From an uncultured Alphaproteobacteria bacterium (lineage in GTDB: Bacteria; Bacteroidota; Ignavibacteria; OLB7), in NCBI GenBank assembly GCA_964455525.1, contig CAYVWR010000006.1, positions 261,388-325,387 on the forward strand: a DNA stretch of 64,000 nt. The letters run 5' to 3'. Position numbers and translations under genes: made by a program. Below, piece by piece: positions 39,461 through 49,475 of the stretch (position 1 is the first letter of the stretch; the number at the start of each line of letters is the position of its first letter). The notes below the pieces were generated by a model, which saw nothing but the letters and a program-made list of their open reading frames with translations, had not been told where the DNA came from and did not search any database.

Positions 39461-40906
39461 TTACCGAGTCGATTCTGCTTCCAGCAAGACTTTCACTGCA
39501 TCTTCCATCTTCATGCTGCGCGAGCCTTTTACAAGAATCACATCAACTGTTGCAAAAAGTGAGCCGAGCTCATCAATGAGTAGACTCTTGTCAGCGATAT
39601 AGCAGGCTCGTCCCGGAGCAACGGCCGCAAGCGCATGGTAGGCATGGCTCATCTCCTCACCGTGAAAGATTGCCAGATCTATGCGCGGCATCCCCACAAG
39701 CGCCTCTCCAATTCGCCTGTGCTCCTCCGCAGAACTGGCTCCCAGCTCTTTCATGTCGGCCAGCAACGCTACCCGGCGTCCCCCGGGGCCTGGCTTGAGC
39801 GCGACGAGCGCACGGAGTGCGGCAAGCATGGAATCGGGGTTTGCGTTATAGGTGTCATTAAGCACCGTAATGCCACTGGCTCCCCTCATAATCGCCAGCC
39901 GTGCATATCCGCCACGATAGATATGCGGCTCGAAGCGTTCAAGCACCTGCCGGACACGTGTGGGGGAAACGCCCAGGCTCAGGGCCATGGCCGCAGCGGC
40001 CAGGGCATTGCCAGCGGTATGCTCTCCCGGCGTACGAAGCTGCACTGTAAATGACTTCGGCTCTGCTGCACGCCGGTCGGTGATCTGGATGGCCGGCGCC
40101 CCCACCTCGTTCAGCCTCCCCCTCTTTCCCGCGATCATGGCCGCCGCTCCCTTGCCGTATGTCACTTTTGCCGCGATCCTCTTCCCCATACGGGCGATGT
40201 AGGCATCGTCAAGGTTCACAACGGCCACTCCCCCCTCGGCCTCCAGATGTTCAAACAAGGCTCCCTCCTCCCTGGCCACCCCCTCCACCGAACCGAGCAA
40301 TTCCAGATGCTCCCGCCCGATATTGGTGATAATGCCATGCGTTGGACGAAGAATCTGGCAGAGCCGGGCGATCTCTCCCGGCGCATTGGTGCCGATCTCG
40401 ATAACCGCAGCCGTATGCTGATCGGTCATCCGCAGCATCATCGCCGGGACGCCGATCAGGTTGTTCAAATTCCCCTCGGTCCGAAGCACCGTATAACGCG
40501 TCGCAAGCAGATCGGCGATCAGCTCCTTTGTGGTCGTCTTTCCATTGGAGCCTGCCACCGCGATCACCGGATAGGTGAAACGGGAACGATGCACGGTTGC
40601 GATGCTGCCATAGGCGGCCAGAGTATCCTGCACCACAATCATTGGAAGATCGCCATCACGCTCTCCCACCCGATGAAACCAGGCACTGGAGACCACCGCA
40701 GCCGATGCACCCTGTGCAGCCGCCCGCTCGATGAAATCGTGTCCATCGAACTGCTCTCCCACCAGGGCAACAAAAACTTCCCCTTTTTTCAAAGAACGAG
40801 AGTCGGTCGAAAAGCCCCGAACCGCCCGTCGAGCGCTTCCCGTGCGACCGGAAAAAAGCTCATGCGAAAGCACCGAGAGAAGGTCCCGTACCGTTTCCAA
40901 TCTCAT
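39461..40906 (-). CDS. murF: UDP-MurNAc-tripeptide--D-Ala-D-Ala ligase MurF
   Basis: Mur ligase motifs GSNGKTTTKE. Start at the internal ATG (residue 17), giving an ATGA overlap with the murE stop. Confidence 0.88.
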   Translation of the reverse strand: MRLETVRDLLSVLSHELFSGRTGSARRAVRGFSTDSRSLKKGEVFVALVGEQFDGHDFIERAAAQGASAAVVSSAWFHRVGERDGDLPMIVVQDTLAAYGSIATVHRSRFTYPVIAVAGSNGKTTTKELIADLLATRYTVLRTEGNLNNLIGVPAMMLRMTDQHTAAVIEIGTNAPGEIARLCQILRPTHGIITNIGREHLELLGSVEGVAREEGALFEHLEAEGGVAVVNLDDAYIARMGKRIAAKVTYGKGAAAMIAGKRGRLNEVGAPAIQITDRRAAEPKSFTVQLRTPGEHTAGNALAAAAMALSLGVSPTRVRQVLERFEPHIYRGGYARLAIMRGASGITVLNDTYNANPDSMLAALRALVALKPGPGGRRVALLADMKELGASSAEEHRRIGEALVGMPRIDLAIFHGEEMSHAYHALAAVAPGRACYIADKSLLIDELGSLFATVDVILVKGSRSMKMEDAVKVLLEAESTR

Positions 40907-42420
40907 GCAGCCGCTATCCCCTCCGGCTGGCTGGCTGGCCGGGCCTCGATCCACCGTTGTACTTCCTCTCTATCGTTGAAATGCCGTCGCTGCGAGCCGA
41001 TGATCTGATACTCCTCGTGCCCCTTACCGGCAACAAGCACGATATCGCCGGATGAGCTTGCATCGAGCGCCTGGCATATAGCCTCGGCACGGTCGGCAAC
41101 GCGTTGTACCACAAGGCCTTCTGCGACACCTGCCGCGATCTCCTCGATAATCGACTCCGGGGATTCGCTCCTGGGATTATCGGAGGTAAGGATAACATGG
41201 TCGGCAAACCGTGCGGCCACGGCACCCATCAGTTGTCGCTTACCACGATCGCGATCGCCGCCACAACCAAATACCACGCTGAGGCGGCCTCCACCACCGA
41301 TCGCACGAAGCGTGCGGAGCACGTTTTCGAGCGCATCAGGGGTGTGTGCATAATCGACCACCGCCGTGGCACCATTGCCGAGCGCTATCGACTGCATGCG
41401 CCCGGGAACGGGACGCAGCTCGGCGACGGCCTGCACCAGCCGGTCACGATCAAGTCCCAGAGCCAGGGCAAGCGCAAACGCGCCGGTGATATTCGATACA
41501 TTGAAGGCCCCGATCAGATCGGTATGCAGTCCGATGGTTCCGCCTCCCAACCGGTCTGACAGGCTCAGCGACCAATGAGTGCTCTGCGAGCCGAGATGAA
41601 CTTCTTCAATGCGTGCGTCGGCTCCTCCGGCACTTCCGTAACGAACGATACTCGCGTAACTGTCGCGCACCACCGACTCTCCGTATAGGTCGTCGATATT
41701 GACCACCGCCGGCCGATCGGCATCAAGTCCGTCGAAGAGTAGCTTTTTTGCATCATGATATTCCTGAAATGAACGATGGAAATCGAGATGATCCTGCGTC
41801 AGATTCGTAAAGATCACGCCGCCGAAGCTCAGGCCGGCAACCCGTTGCAGCGCAAGCGCGTGCGATGACACCTCCATGGCCACGGCGCTCAGACCTGCCT
41901 TAGACATTTCATCCAGGATCTCCGCCAGCTCCGGTGCCTCCGGCGTCGTATAGCCGGTTGGCGTCAGTGCCCCCACCATCTTGCCGAGCGTGCCGATCAC
42001 ACCTGTACGTTCGCCGCATGCATCGAGCAGTTGATGAAGGACATAGCTTACCGTTGTCTTCCCGTTGGTTCCGGTAACGCCATACAGCTTCAACCGTCTC
42101 GCCGGATAATCGAACATACGATGCGACATCTCGGCCATCGCACGGCGCGCATCATCTACCACAACCAGCGTGACATCATCGTTGGAAAGCCCGCCGGGGA
42201 TATGCTCGGGCGCATCGCTCACGATGACCGTTGCACCGGCCTCGACCGCCGTTGGTATGAACTCGGGACCATGATCGTCCCGATCGGCCACTGCAACAAA
42301 CAGATCACCCGGCGTCACCCGACGGCTATCGTAGCGAATGGCATGCACCTGGCGATCGCGTCTGCCGCGCACCTGGCGAAGCCCACTCAGCACCGACAGT
42401 ATGTCATCGAGTGTTTTCAC
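40903..42420 (-). CDS. murE: UDP-MurNAc-Ala-D-Glu--2,6-diaminopimelate ligase MurE
   Basis: GVTGTNGKTT motif and DNPR motif. Confidence 0.92.
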   Translation of the reverse strand: MKTLDDILSVLSGLRQVRGRRDRQVHAIRYDSRRVTPGDLFVAVADRDDHGPEFIPTAVEAGATVIVSDAPEHIPGGLSNDDVTLVVVDDARRAMAEMSHRMFDYPARRLKLYGVTGTNGKTTVSYVLHQLLDACGERTGVIGTLGKMVGALTPTGYTTPEAPELAEILDEMSKAGLSAVAMEVSSHALALQRVAGLSFGGVIFTNLTQDHLDFHRSFQEYHDAKKLLFDGLDADRPAVVNIDDLYGESVVRDSYASIVRYGSAGGADARIEEVHLGSQSTHWSLSLSDRLGGGTIGLHTDLIGAFNVSNITGAFALALALGLDRDRLVQAVAELRPVPGRMQSIALGNGATAVVDYAHTPDALENVLRTLRAIGGGGRLSVVFGCGGDRDRGKRQLMGAVAARFADHVILTSDNPRSESPESIIEEIAAGVAEGLVVQRVADRAEAICQALDASSSGDIVLVAGKGHEEYQIIGSQRRHFNDREEVQRWIEARPASQPEGIAAA

Positions 42421-42441
42421 ATCCCATCCATTGAAATCGTT

Positions 42442-44580
42442 CTACCGGCAGACCAGTGAGGCCGAACGAGCAGCCCCACCGGCAAACGGCGTTCCCGGCG
42501 CAGGGCTCTGCGAGCGAACAATGCCAGAGCCGCTTACATGTGGTTTTACCTGGCAGATGCTCAGGATATTGAGCGCACGGCGCAGAGAGAGGCCTCGCAG
42601 ATCCGGCATCACCGCGTCGTTCTCCGGCGCAGAGAGTGCAAGCACGATCACGCTCCGCGCCTCGATGCGTGTTCCAGGCGCCGGGGTCTGCTCCATTACC
42701 AACCGCCCCGCACCGCGCACCAGCACACGGCACCCATATTTCTCGCCGAGCATACGGGCGGCATCGGCATCAAGACCCCGCAGATCCGGCGTCTCCAGAC
42801 TGGTAGCAGCCGTAACCTGGCGTAGTGCCGGGGCCTCGCTTGCGGCATAGGTTGGCCGGGAAGGCTCGCTGCCTACCGATGCCCCCATGATTCTTCGTGC
42901 GATTTCCCGGAAGATCGGGGCGGCAACCTGCCCCCCGTAATAGCCATTGGTCGGGCTGTCCAGCAGCACCAGCAGCGTCACCCTCGGCTGATCTGCCGGA
43001 AAGAATCCGACAAAGGAAGCATTGTACTTCTCCTTGGAGTAGGCACCGTCGAAAATCTGCTGCGATGTTCCGGTCTTGCCGGCGATCTTCATCCCATTGA
43101 TACGGGCAGCCTTGCCGGTGCCACTATCCACGACCTGCACCAGCATATCACAAAGCGTCCGGGCGGTCTTGGGACTTATCACCCGGCGTATCTCCTGTGC
43201 CTTGAACTCTTCGAGCACCTCGCCATTGCGATCAAGTCGCCGTTTCAACAGATGGGGCTTCATCATCACGCCCCCGTTTGCAACGGCTGCATAGGCGCAG
43301 ACAAGCTGTAGCGGGGTCACCGCAAGCTGGTAGCCGAACGCCATGAACTCCTGCGTACCATCGGAGAACTCATCCGGCTTTTTCACCTCGCCCCGTGCCT
43401 CTCCCGGCAGATCGACCCCGGAGATGATGCCGAAGCCGAAATCCCGCACATATTTATAGAAGCGGGGGGCAGAGATACGCGAGGCAACCTTTGCCATGGC
43501 GATATTGCTGGAGCGCGACATCGCCTCGCGGAAACTCACCGTGCCGGCGGGATGATCGTCGCGAATTATATGACCGGCGATCTTGTAAAGCCCATTCTCG
43601 CAGTCGATCTTCTCATCTGGATCAACCTCTCCTTCTTCAAGCGCTGCGGCAACGGTCACCACCTTGATCGTCGAACCAGGCTCGTAGGTATCGGTGATCG
43701 CCCGTACCCTGACGGCCGCCTGCTCGGCGCTCCTCATATCATTCGGATCATAGGTAGGATAGCTTGCCAGAGCCAGAAGCTCGCCGGTATGAGGGTCAAT
43801 GGCGATCGCAGTCCCGGAGAGAGCACCGGCCCGTTCCACCCCCTTGCGCAGCTCATCCTCGACGATCGCCTGCACGTTGACATCAAGCGTGAGCACAAGA
43901 GCGCTGCCATGCTGCGGACGTACCTGCGGAAGATCAACGTCGGGACGGCGGCGGCCACGTGCATCACGCTGCATCACCACATAGCCATCGCTCCCCTTGA
44001 GCTGCTCATCATAGTAAAGCTCGACACCGTTCAACCCATTGTTGTCGATATCGGTAGCGCCAATCGCCTGCGCGCCAAGCGAGGCATACTCAAAGTGGCG
44101 CAACGGCTCCTTTAGCTTGATAAGCCCGTCATCATCCAGATCCTTCAACCGTTCCAGTGCGGGGCCGCTCACCTTACGGTGCAACCAGACGAAGGAGGTA
44201 TTCTTCTGGGTGAGCTTGCCAAGCCAGACCTCATACGGATCACCGAGCGCATCAGCGAATATCTTTGCCAGCCTCTGAGGGTTCTCGATATGTTTTGGAT
44301 CGGCCGCAAAGGAGATGCTCATCGCATTGGTCGCCAGCAGATTGCCGCCGCGGTCGTACAGCGCACCCCGCTCGGCCTGAAGCACCATCTTCGACTCGTA
44401 CTGCCGCCGTGCCTGCTCGGCATAACGATCGCCATCAATGATCTGCAACTTTATCAGCCTGCCGCTTATCACCACCAGCCCCATGAACAACGCAATGCCC
44501 ACAACGTAGAGCCGCCGCACGTCGCGAGGTGGGCGGCGTCGGATCGATGCAACAATGGTGCTCTCTACTGGCGTTGCCAT
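42442..44580 (-). CDS. ftsI: Penicillin-binding protein/peptidoglycan transpeptidase FtsI with two C-terminal PASTA-like repeats
   Basis: Transmembrane anchor, transpeptidase motifs STIK...SSN...KTGT, and two PASTA-like segments at the C-terminus. Start moved to the internal ATG (residue 31). Confidence 0.88.
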   Translation of the reverse strand: MATPVESTIVASIRRRPPRDVRRLYVVGIALFMGLVVISGRLIKLQIIDGDRYAEQARRQYESKMVLQAERGALYDRGGNLLATNAMSISFAADPKHIENPQRLAKIFADALGDPYEVWLGKLTQKNTSFVWLHRKVSGPALERLKDLDDDGLIKLKEPLRHFEYASLGAQAIGATDIDNNGLNGVELYYDEQLKGSDGYVVMQRDARGRRRPDVDLPQVRPQHGSALVLTLDVNVQAIVEDELRKGVERAGALSGTAIAIDPHTGELLALASYPTYDPNDMRSAEQAAVRVRAITDTYEPGSTIKVVTVAAALEEGEVDPDEKIDCENGLYKIAGHIIRDDHPAGTVSFREAMSRSSNIAMAKVASRISAPRFYKYVRDFGFGIISGVDLPGEARGEVKKPDEFSDGTQEFMAFGYQLAVTPLQLVCAYAAVANGGVMMKPHLLKRRLDRNGEVLEEFKAQEIRRVISPKTARTLCDMLVQVVDSGTGKAARINGMKIAGKTGTSQQIFDGAYSKEKYNASFVGFFPADQPRVTLLVLLDSPTNGYYGGQVAAPIFREIARRIMGASVGSEPSRPTYAASEAPALRQVTAATSLETPDLRGLDADAARMLGEKYGCRVLVRGAGRLVMEQTPAPGTRIEARSVIVLALSAPENDAVMPDLRGLSLRRALNILSICQVKPHVSGSGIVRSQSPAPGTPFAGGAARSASLVCR

Positions 44581-44732
44581 CGGCTGGTACTTGAGAGTTG
44601 AGTCGTATCCAGGAATGATATTGACACGATGTACGGAGTCTGGGCCGCGGACCTGACCGCCCCTCCGCATCGTAAACGATGCCGCACAGGAGCCACGATC
44701 GTCAGGCGCTCTTCCGGCGTTCTACTTCTTTG

Positions 44733-45170
44733 TTATTGTAGGGCGGCCGAGTCGCTTCCGGCAACAGCGGCCTCCATACGAGCAGCAGGAGCCAGGGCCT
44801 GTGGCGGACGCAACGGCTGCACCATGCCAAGCCTTCCGGCAGCGATCGTGCTTACCCGCTCCACCGACATCAGCCGCAGAAGCTCGGCGCGAAGCTTTTC
44901 ATTCTCCCCTCGGACAACATCGCGCTCCTGCTCAAGCGATGCGATCGTTGTCGTCAGCTCGTTGACGGCGATCGCATTGGATATATAAAGGACAGCGAGC
45001 AACGACGCGGCCAGGAGCATACCGGCCGTAAGCCATCGGCGGAGAAACGGACGGATCTTCTCTCTCCCGGCTGCTTGCGGCTCCGCCGAACGTCCAGGGG
45101 CGATCTCCTCCCCCCTGGCCCTCCTGCGCGATATGGTCGGCTGCGTCAATGACATTACTCTACGGCTCAT
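44733..45170 (-). CDS. ftsL: Cell division protein FtsL-like (transmembrane segment plus coiled coil)
   Basis: Single transmembrane segment followed by a leucine-zipper-like coiled coil. Position between rsmH and ftsI. Confidence 0.6.
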   Translation of the reverse strand: MSRRVMSLTQPTISRRRARGEEIAPGRSAEPQAAGREKIRPFLRRWLTAGMLLAASLLAVLYISNAIAVNELTTTIASLEQERDVVRGENEKLRAELLRLMSVERVSTIAAGRLGMVQPLRPPQALAPAARMEAAVAGSDSAALQ

Positions 45171-45296
45171 GCTTATGCTGATCTACGCCCGGCAGCGCCA
45201 CGCCGGGTCCTGACAACTCTGCGGCACCTGCTCGGGGCGGAATACCCTCGCGATATCTGCCATCGCCGGTTGCCAAGGCCTGCAATCGTGCTCTCG

Positions 45297-46256
45297 TTAT
45301 CGCTGCCGGGATTGCCGCGTATCAATCACACGTTCGGCCACCCTGAGCTTTGCGCTTCGTGCTCTCGGATTGCGCTCCACCTCTTCATCGGAAGGGGAGG
45401 CAGGCTTGCGCGTCACCAGCTTCAACCGTTGCTGCTTCTCACAGACACAGATCGGAAGCTGCGGAGGGCAGATACAAAAACGCTCCTCCTGGCGAAAATG
45501 ATCCTTGACGATCCGGTCCTCCAACGAGTGATAGGTCAGCACCGCAAATCGTCCCCCGGGCCGAAGTAGCGGAACAAAACACTCGAGTGCCGCACGCAAC
45601 TCCCCAAGCTCATCGTTCACCTCGATCCGAAGCGCCTGAAAGACACGCGAAAGGGTCTTCATGACAAATCGCTCCGGGATCACCGACTCGATGACCCTTC
45701 GCAGATCGCCGGTCGTCTCAATCGGGTGCCCGAACCGTGCATCGGCAATCGCCCTGGCAATCTTCCATGCGGCAGGCTCCTCGCCATACGTGCGGAGAAT
45801 CGTGGCAATCTGCTCCGGGGATTCCCTGTTCACCAGTTCGCGTGCTGAACGGCGTCCCGACTCCTGACGGAACCGCATATCGAGCGGCATATCGAAACGG
45901 TAGCTCAGGCCGATCTGATCGGAGTCGATCTGCCGACTGGAAACGCCCAGATCGAGCAGCACACCGGCCAGCATCACCCCCTCCTCGCTCAACATTGCGC
46001 ACGCCTCGCTGAAGTATGCCTGCCGTACGATCAGGCTCCCCCCCAGCTCCTGGCCGAAACGCTCTGCCGCGTTGGCAATGGCACCAGGATCGGCATCGAA
46101 TGCATAGACGCGCCCCTGGCCGCGCACCCGTTCCAGAATCGCTGCCGTATGCCCTCCTCCACCGAGAGTGCCATCGGCATAGTTTCCTGATGGGTCGATC
46201 GCGAGAGCACTAAGCACCTCATCCAGCATCACCGGAATATGATAGGCCGTGCTCAT
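45297..46256 (-). CDS. rsmH: 16S rRNA m4C1402 methyltransferase RsmH (MraW)
   Basis: HIPVMLDEVL and DGTLGGGGH SAM-methyltransferase motifs. Confidence 0.93.
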   Translation of the reverse strand: MSTAYHIPVMLDEVLSALAIDPSGNYADGTLGGGGHTAAILERVRGQGRVYAFDADPGAIANAAERFGQELGGSLIVRQAYFSEACAMLSEEGVMLAGVLLDLGVSSRQIDSDQIGLSYRFDMPLDMRFRQESGRRSARELVNRESPEQIATILRTYGEEPAAWKIARAIADARFGHPIETTGDLRRVIESVIPERFVMKTLSRVFQALRIEVNDELGELRAALECFVPLLRPGGRFAVLTYHSLEDRIVKDHFRQEERFCICPPQLPICVCEKQQRLKLVTRKPASPSDEEVERNPRARSAKLRVAERVIDTRQSRQR

Positions 46257-46258
46257 GG

Positions 46259-46717
46259 TTACTCCCGCCTCAGCCCCATCACCGACTCGGCGATGGTAGC
46301 ATACGATTGGGTCTTCTTGCTCAGATAGCTTTCAAAGATCTTTGGATCCCATAGTTCCAAATGGTCCATCGCCCCGAGGATAAGCGTCTCCTTCTCGATC
46401 TTCGTGAAGTCGATCAGCGATTTCGGAAGCATGATCCGGAATTGTTTGTCAAGTGTTACTTCATCTGCCCAGTACAGAAGCGTGCGAAGGAAAAAGCGTT
46501 CAAGCTCGTTGAACTGATTGAGCTGCTTCAGGTTCTCCTCGAACTTCTTCCACTCGTCGAGCGGGTATGCATAGATACATGGATCATCATCCGGGCCGCG
46601 TGTGATAACGAACGTATCGTTCGCCTCCGGCGCCATGCTCTTGCGCATCTTCGCCGGGATGTTCACACGACCCTTGGAATCGACCGAGTATATTTCTCTA
46701 CCCTTGAAGAATGACAT
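46259..46717 (-). CDS. mraZ: Transcriptional regulator MraZ
   Basis: Two DxxxR-like SpoVT-AbrB repeats (VDSKGRVNIP, LDKQFRIMLP). Start at the internal ATG, MSFFKG. Confidence 0.9.
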   Translation of the reverse strand: MSFFKGREIYSVDSKGRVNIPAKMRKSMAPEANDTFVITRGPDDDPCIYAYPLDEWKKFEENLKQLNQFNELERFFLRTLLYWADEVTLDKQFRIMLPKSLIDFTKIEKETLILGAMDHLELWDPKIFESYLSKKTQSYATIAESVMGLRRE

Positions 46718-46996
46718 CGTTTCGCCTATCGAGGGAGGGCCTACCAAAATCCCCCACTTTTACCCACTCACAGCCGCAAATTAGGGTTTGGCCCATCGCG
46801 CGCGCCAGCACGGCGAAAGTTCTCCCCCGAAATCTTCATAGAATCGAATAAAACGCGATTTCACGCAAATTTGGCCGAATCGGCAATGCTGTATGTGCGT
46901 TATATCTTGTTTACAGCAAACAGGAAGTTTACTGAAAATATTTTCAGGTATAAATGTCAACCCTTTCAGATGCACGGAATGCGGGGTTTTCAGGGA

Positions 46997-47040
46997 GATG
47001 TGGTAAGGGAATCGAAGAGGGTGTGGGGGATTTGTGGGGA
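46997..47040. promoter_or_regulatory. Putative MraZ operator: three GTGG(G) direct repeats at about 11- and 23-bp spacing upstream of mraZ
   Basis: aTGTGGtaagggaatcgaagagggTGTGGGGGatttGTGGGGaatg, about 280 bp upstream of the mraZ start. MraZ is known to bind GTGGG direct repeats in its own promoter. Confidence 0.35.
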
Positions 47041-47222
47041 ATGCGATCACATCGCAACGGCAGCCCTGTGGATGGAGGGACGCTCTAACCGTACGGCAGG
47101 CAACTGCCAGCGGGGCGCCGCGGCACGATGCATGACAAGGGCATCGCTCCTCTGCCGCTCATTCCCCTTTGGTGCCGATACACCGGATGCCCCTCCGGGC
47201 CAGCCTGGCACGAAGGCCATGT

Positions 47223-47260
47223 GATGGCCATCGTAGGATGGCCATCGTAGGATGGCCATC
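47223..47260. repeat. Array of three copies of the 10-bp perfect palindrome GATGGCCATC with 4-bp spacers (14-bp period), abutting the dnaX stop codon
   Basis: gtGATGGCCATCgtagGATGGCCATCgtagGATGGCCATCtta, read directly from the sequence. Confidence 0.6.
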
Positions 47261-49105
47261 TTAGATCGGGCTTGCCTCAAGCAACGTGATCAGCCCCTGC
47301 ACAAAGGGATGGTCGCTTTTTGCACGCGAGGAGACCGGCACCGCCTCCCCCCCCACCGGGACCGGGGCATTTCCCAGCACTCCCTCCACGCGAAGAGTAC
47401 GCTTGAAGAAGCTCTCCAGCTTCTCCCGGAGCAGATCCCTGTTTCTGTTGAGAATAGAGAGATTGGTTTCGTTGGCAACGTACAGCCGCACCGTGTTTCC
47501 GCCATAAAGCTCCGGCGGTTGCACCGAGCCAAGCGCCATGACCAGTGTCTTCTTGTCATCACAGTAGGAAAGGAACTCGCCCCACCGACGCTGTAGATCA
47601 CGATCGGTAAGCCCGCCCGACGGCGAGGGTACTGCAACCGGCGAGGTGCTCCGATATCCCGCCCCCCCCTCGGCTGCGGCGTTCATTGCAGCCGAAGAGT
47701 TCCCCGGCGATGAACCAGGCGCACGGTCGGCGGTATACATCGGCTGACGATCGAACGATGATGGTACGGGAGCCGAGACTGGAAAGCTGGCAAGATCGCT
47801 CAGGCTGGAGGCACGCCTTCCTTCTTCGACAACGGTTTTTGCTTGTGCAGCGGCTGCATATCCCGTTGTCGGCTCGGCGACGGCGGCCGGAGCAGAAGCA
47901 GGCGACTGCGATACGGCTGGCAGCACACCGGCAGCGGGAGCATCCGGCATACGATCGATTTTGTCGAGAAGCTGCGTAAGCGACAATGTGGAATCCATCA
48001 CCGCAAGCTGAAGCAGCACCAGTTCCAGACGAAGCCGGGGCTGCGAGGAGGAACGGATGGCCCCCTGTGCCCCAAGCGTAAGATGTAGAGCGCGGATAAG
48101 ATCCCCTTCGGCCATCTCGGCCGACTCCGTGGCATAGCGATCCAGGTACATCTTGGCGGCTTCGATAAGGCGCGTGGAATTGGTGGTAAGCACCGTCAGG
48201 AAATTCCTCAGATGCTCCGCCAGGCCGATCAGGAACTCCTGAACATCGTATCCAACCCGCATGATCTCCTCTACGATGGCAAAAGCTTCGGCAGTGGCCC
48301 CGGAACGCATCATATCAGTGACCCGGAAGAAGAAGCCCTGATCGATGATGTTCAGCGCCTCGTTCGCCTGATCGTAGGAGACCTTCATTCCGCAGAAGGA
48401 GGTAACCTGATCGAAGATCGACTGCGAGTCGCGCATGGAGCCATCCCCCTTCTTGGCGATCACGACCAGAGCATCCTCATCGATCTCCATCCCCTCGTGG
48501 CGTGCGATATAGGAGAGGCGCCCCACGATATCATCGATCTGCATCCGGCGAAAGTCAAACCGCTGGCACCGTGAGAGAATCGTGGCCGGCACCTTATGCG
48601 GCTCGGTTGTGGCGAAAACAAACACCAGGTGCTTGGGAGGCTCCTCCAGGGTCTTCAACAACGCGTTGAAGGCGGAGGTGGAGAGCATATGCACCTCGTC
48701 GATGATATAGAGCTTGTAGCCCCCACCCACCGGCGGATACTTGGCGTTATCGCGCAGCTTTCGTATATCCTCCACCGAGTTGTTGGAGGCACCATCGATC
48801 TCTACAACATCAAGCGAACGCCCCTCGGTGATCTCCCGGCAGGAATCGCAGACGCCGCACGGCTCCAGCTCTTCGCCCATATGCCGACAGTTCAGAGCCT
48901 TTGCCAGAATACGCGCCGTCGTCGTCTTTCCCACACCACGCGGCCCGCTGAACAGATAGGCATGATGCAGCCTCCCCTGCCTGATCGCATTCTTCAGCGT
49001 CTGGGTGACATGCTCCTGCCCAACTACCGATGCGAACTCGGACGGACGCCACTTGCGCGCTGTCACCTGATATTCCTGTGCTTCTGCCATAGTCATAGTC
49101 TGCAT
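47261..49105 (-). CDS. dnaX: DNA polymerase III subunit tau/gamma DnaX. The start is possibly at the internal MAEAQEYQ.
   Basis: YQVTARKWRP...VVGQEHV...LFSGPRGVGKTTTARILAKALNC clamp-loader AAA+ motifs, and a Pro/Ala-rich tau linker. Confidence 0.93.
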   Translation of the reverse strand: MQTMTMAEAQEYQVTARKWRPSEFASVVGQEHVTQTLKNAIRQGRLHHAYLFSGPRGVGKTTTARILAKALNCRHMGEELEPCGVCDSCREITEGRSLDVVEIDGASNNSVEDIRKLRDNAKYPPVGGGYKLYIIDEVHMLSTSAFNALLKTLEEPPKHLVFVFATTEPHKVPATILSRCQRFDFRRMQIDDIVGRLSYIARHEGMEIDEDALVVIAKKGDGSMRDSQSIFDQVTSFCGMKVSYDQANEALNIIDQGFFFRVTDMMRSGATAEAFAIVEEIMRVGYDVQEFLIGLAEHLRNFLTVLTTNSTRLIEAAKMYLDRYATESAEMAEGDLIRALHLTLGAQGAIRSSSQPRLRLELVLLQLAVMDSTLSLTQLLDKIDRMPDAPAAGVLPAVSQSPASAPAAVAEPTTGYAAAAQAKTVVEEGRRASSLSDLASFPVSAPVPSSFDRQPMYTADRAPGSSPGNSSAAMNAAAEGGAGYRSTSPVAVPSPSGGLTDRDLQRRWGEFLSYCDDKKTLVMALGSVQPPELYGGNTVRLYVANETNLSILNRNRDLLREKLESFFKRTLRVEGVLGNAPVPVGGEAVPVSSRAKSDHPFVQGLITLLEASPI

Positions 49106-49475
49106 GGTACGAGAGGGATCGAATCGCTACGGGGGAACTTACGAAGTTTAGCGGCGGAGGCCATAGTGACTGGTTGCAACGAAGCAGGCTCGGCCCTGAG
49201 CCGTACTCTCATGGCGCCGCGAAGAAACGACGGATTTTCCGCCGACCCAATTGCCGCCATGCCCAAGGTTGCAGATACCATAGACAGGTAAACGCCTCCC
49301 AACGATCAGACGAGCGCGGGAAGCCCGATCCAGATCGGCATCCTCTCCGGCAACCAGAAGAGCATCGGACCGTTTCAACGGCGCGTCAGGGTCGGGAAGG
49401 TCAGCCATCTCGCCGCGAAGTACGTCATGAACGGAGCACCGGCGCCCGCTCTACCGGCACCATGATGCAAACGGT

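Noticed and set aside
47261-49105. Programmed -1 frameshift site (A AAA AAG) in dnaX for the gamma subunit
   Set aside because: No A-rich heptameric slippery motif was noticed in the appropriate region of the minus-strand gene, so gamma may be produced differently or not at all.
49106-49475. Possible ffs (SRP/4.5S RNA) upstream of dnaX, suggested by GTCAGGGTCGGGAAGGTCAGCC resembling the helix-8 GGAAGGAAGCAGCC motif
   Set aside because: The GGAA cannot be placed in a tetraloop closed by complementary flanks, and the conserved AGCAGCC arm is not present, so no convincing helix 8 can be drawn. Rfam cmscan would settle it.
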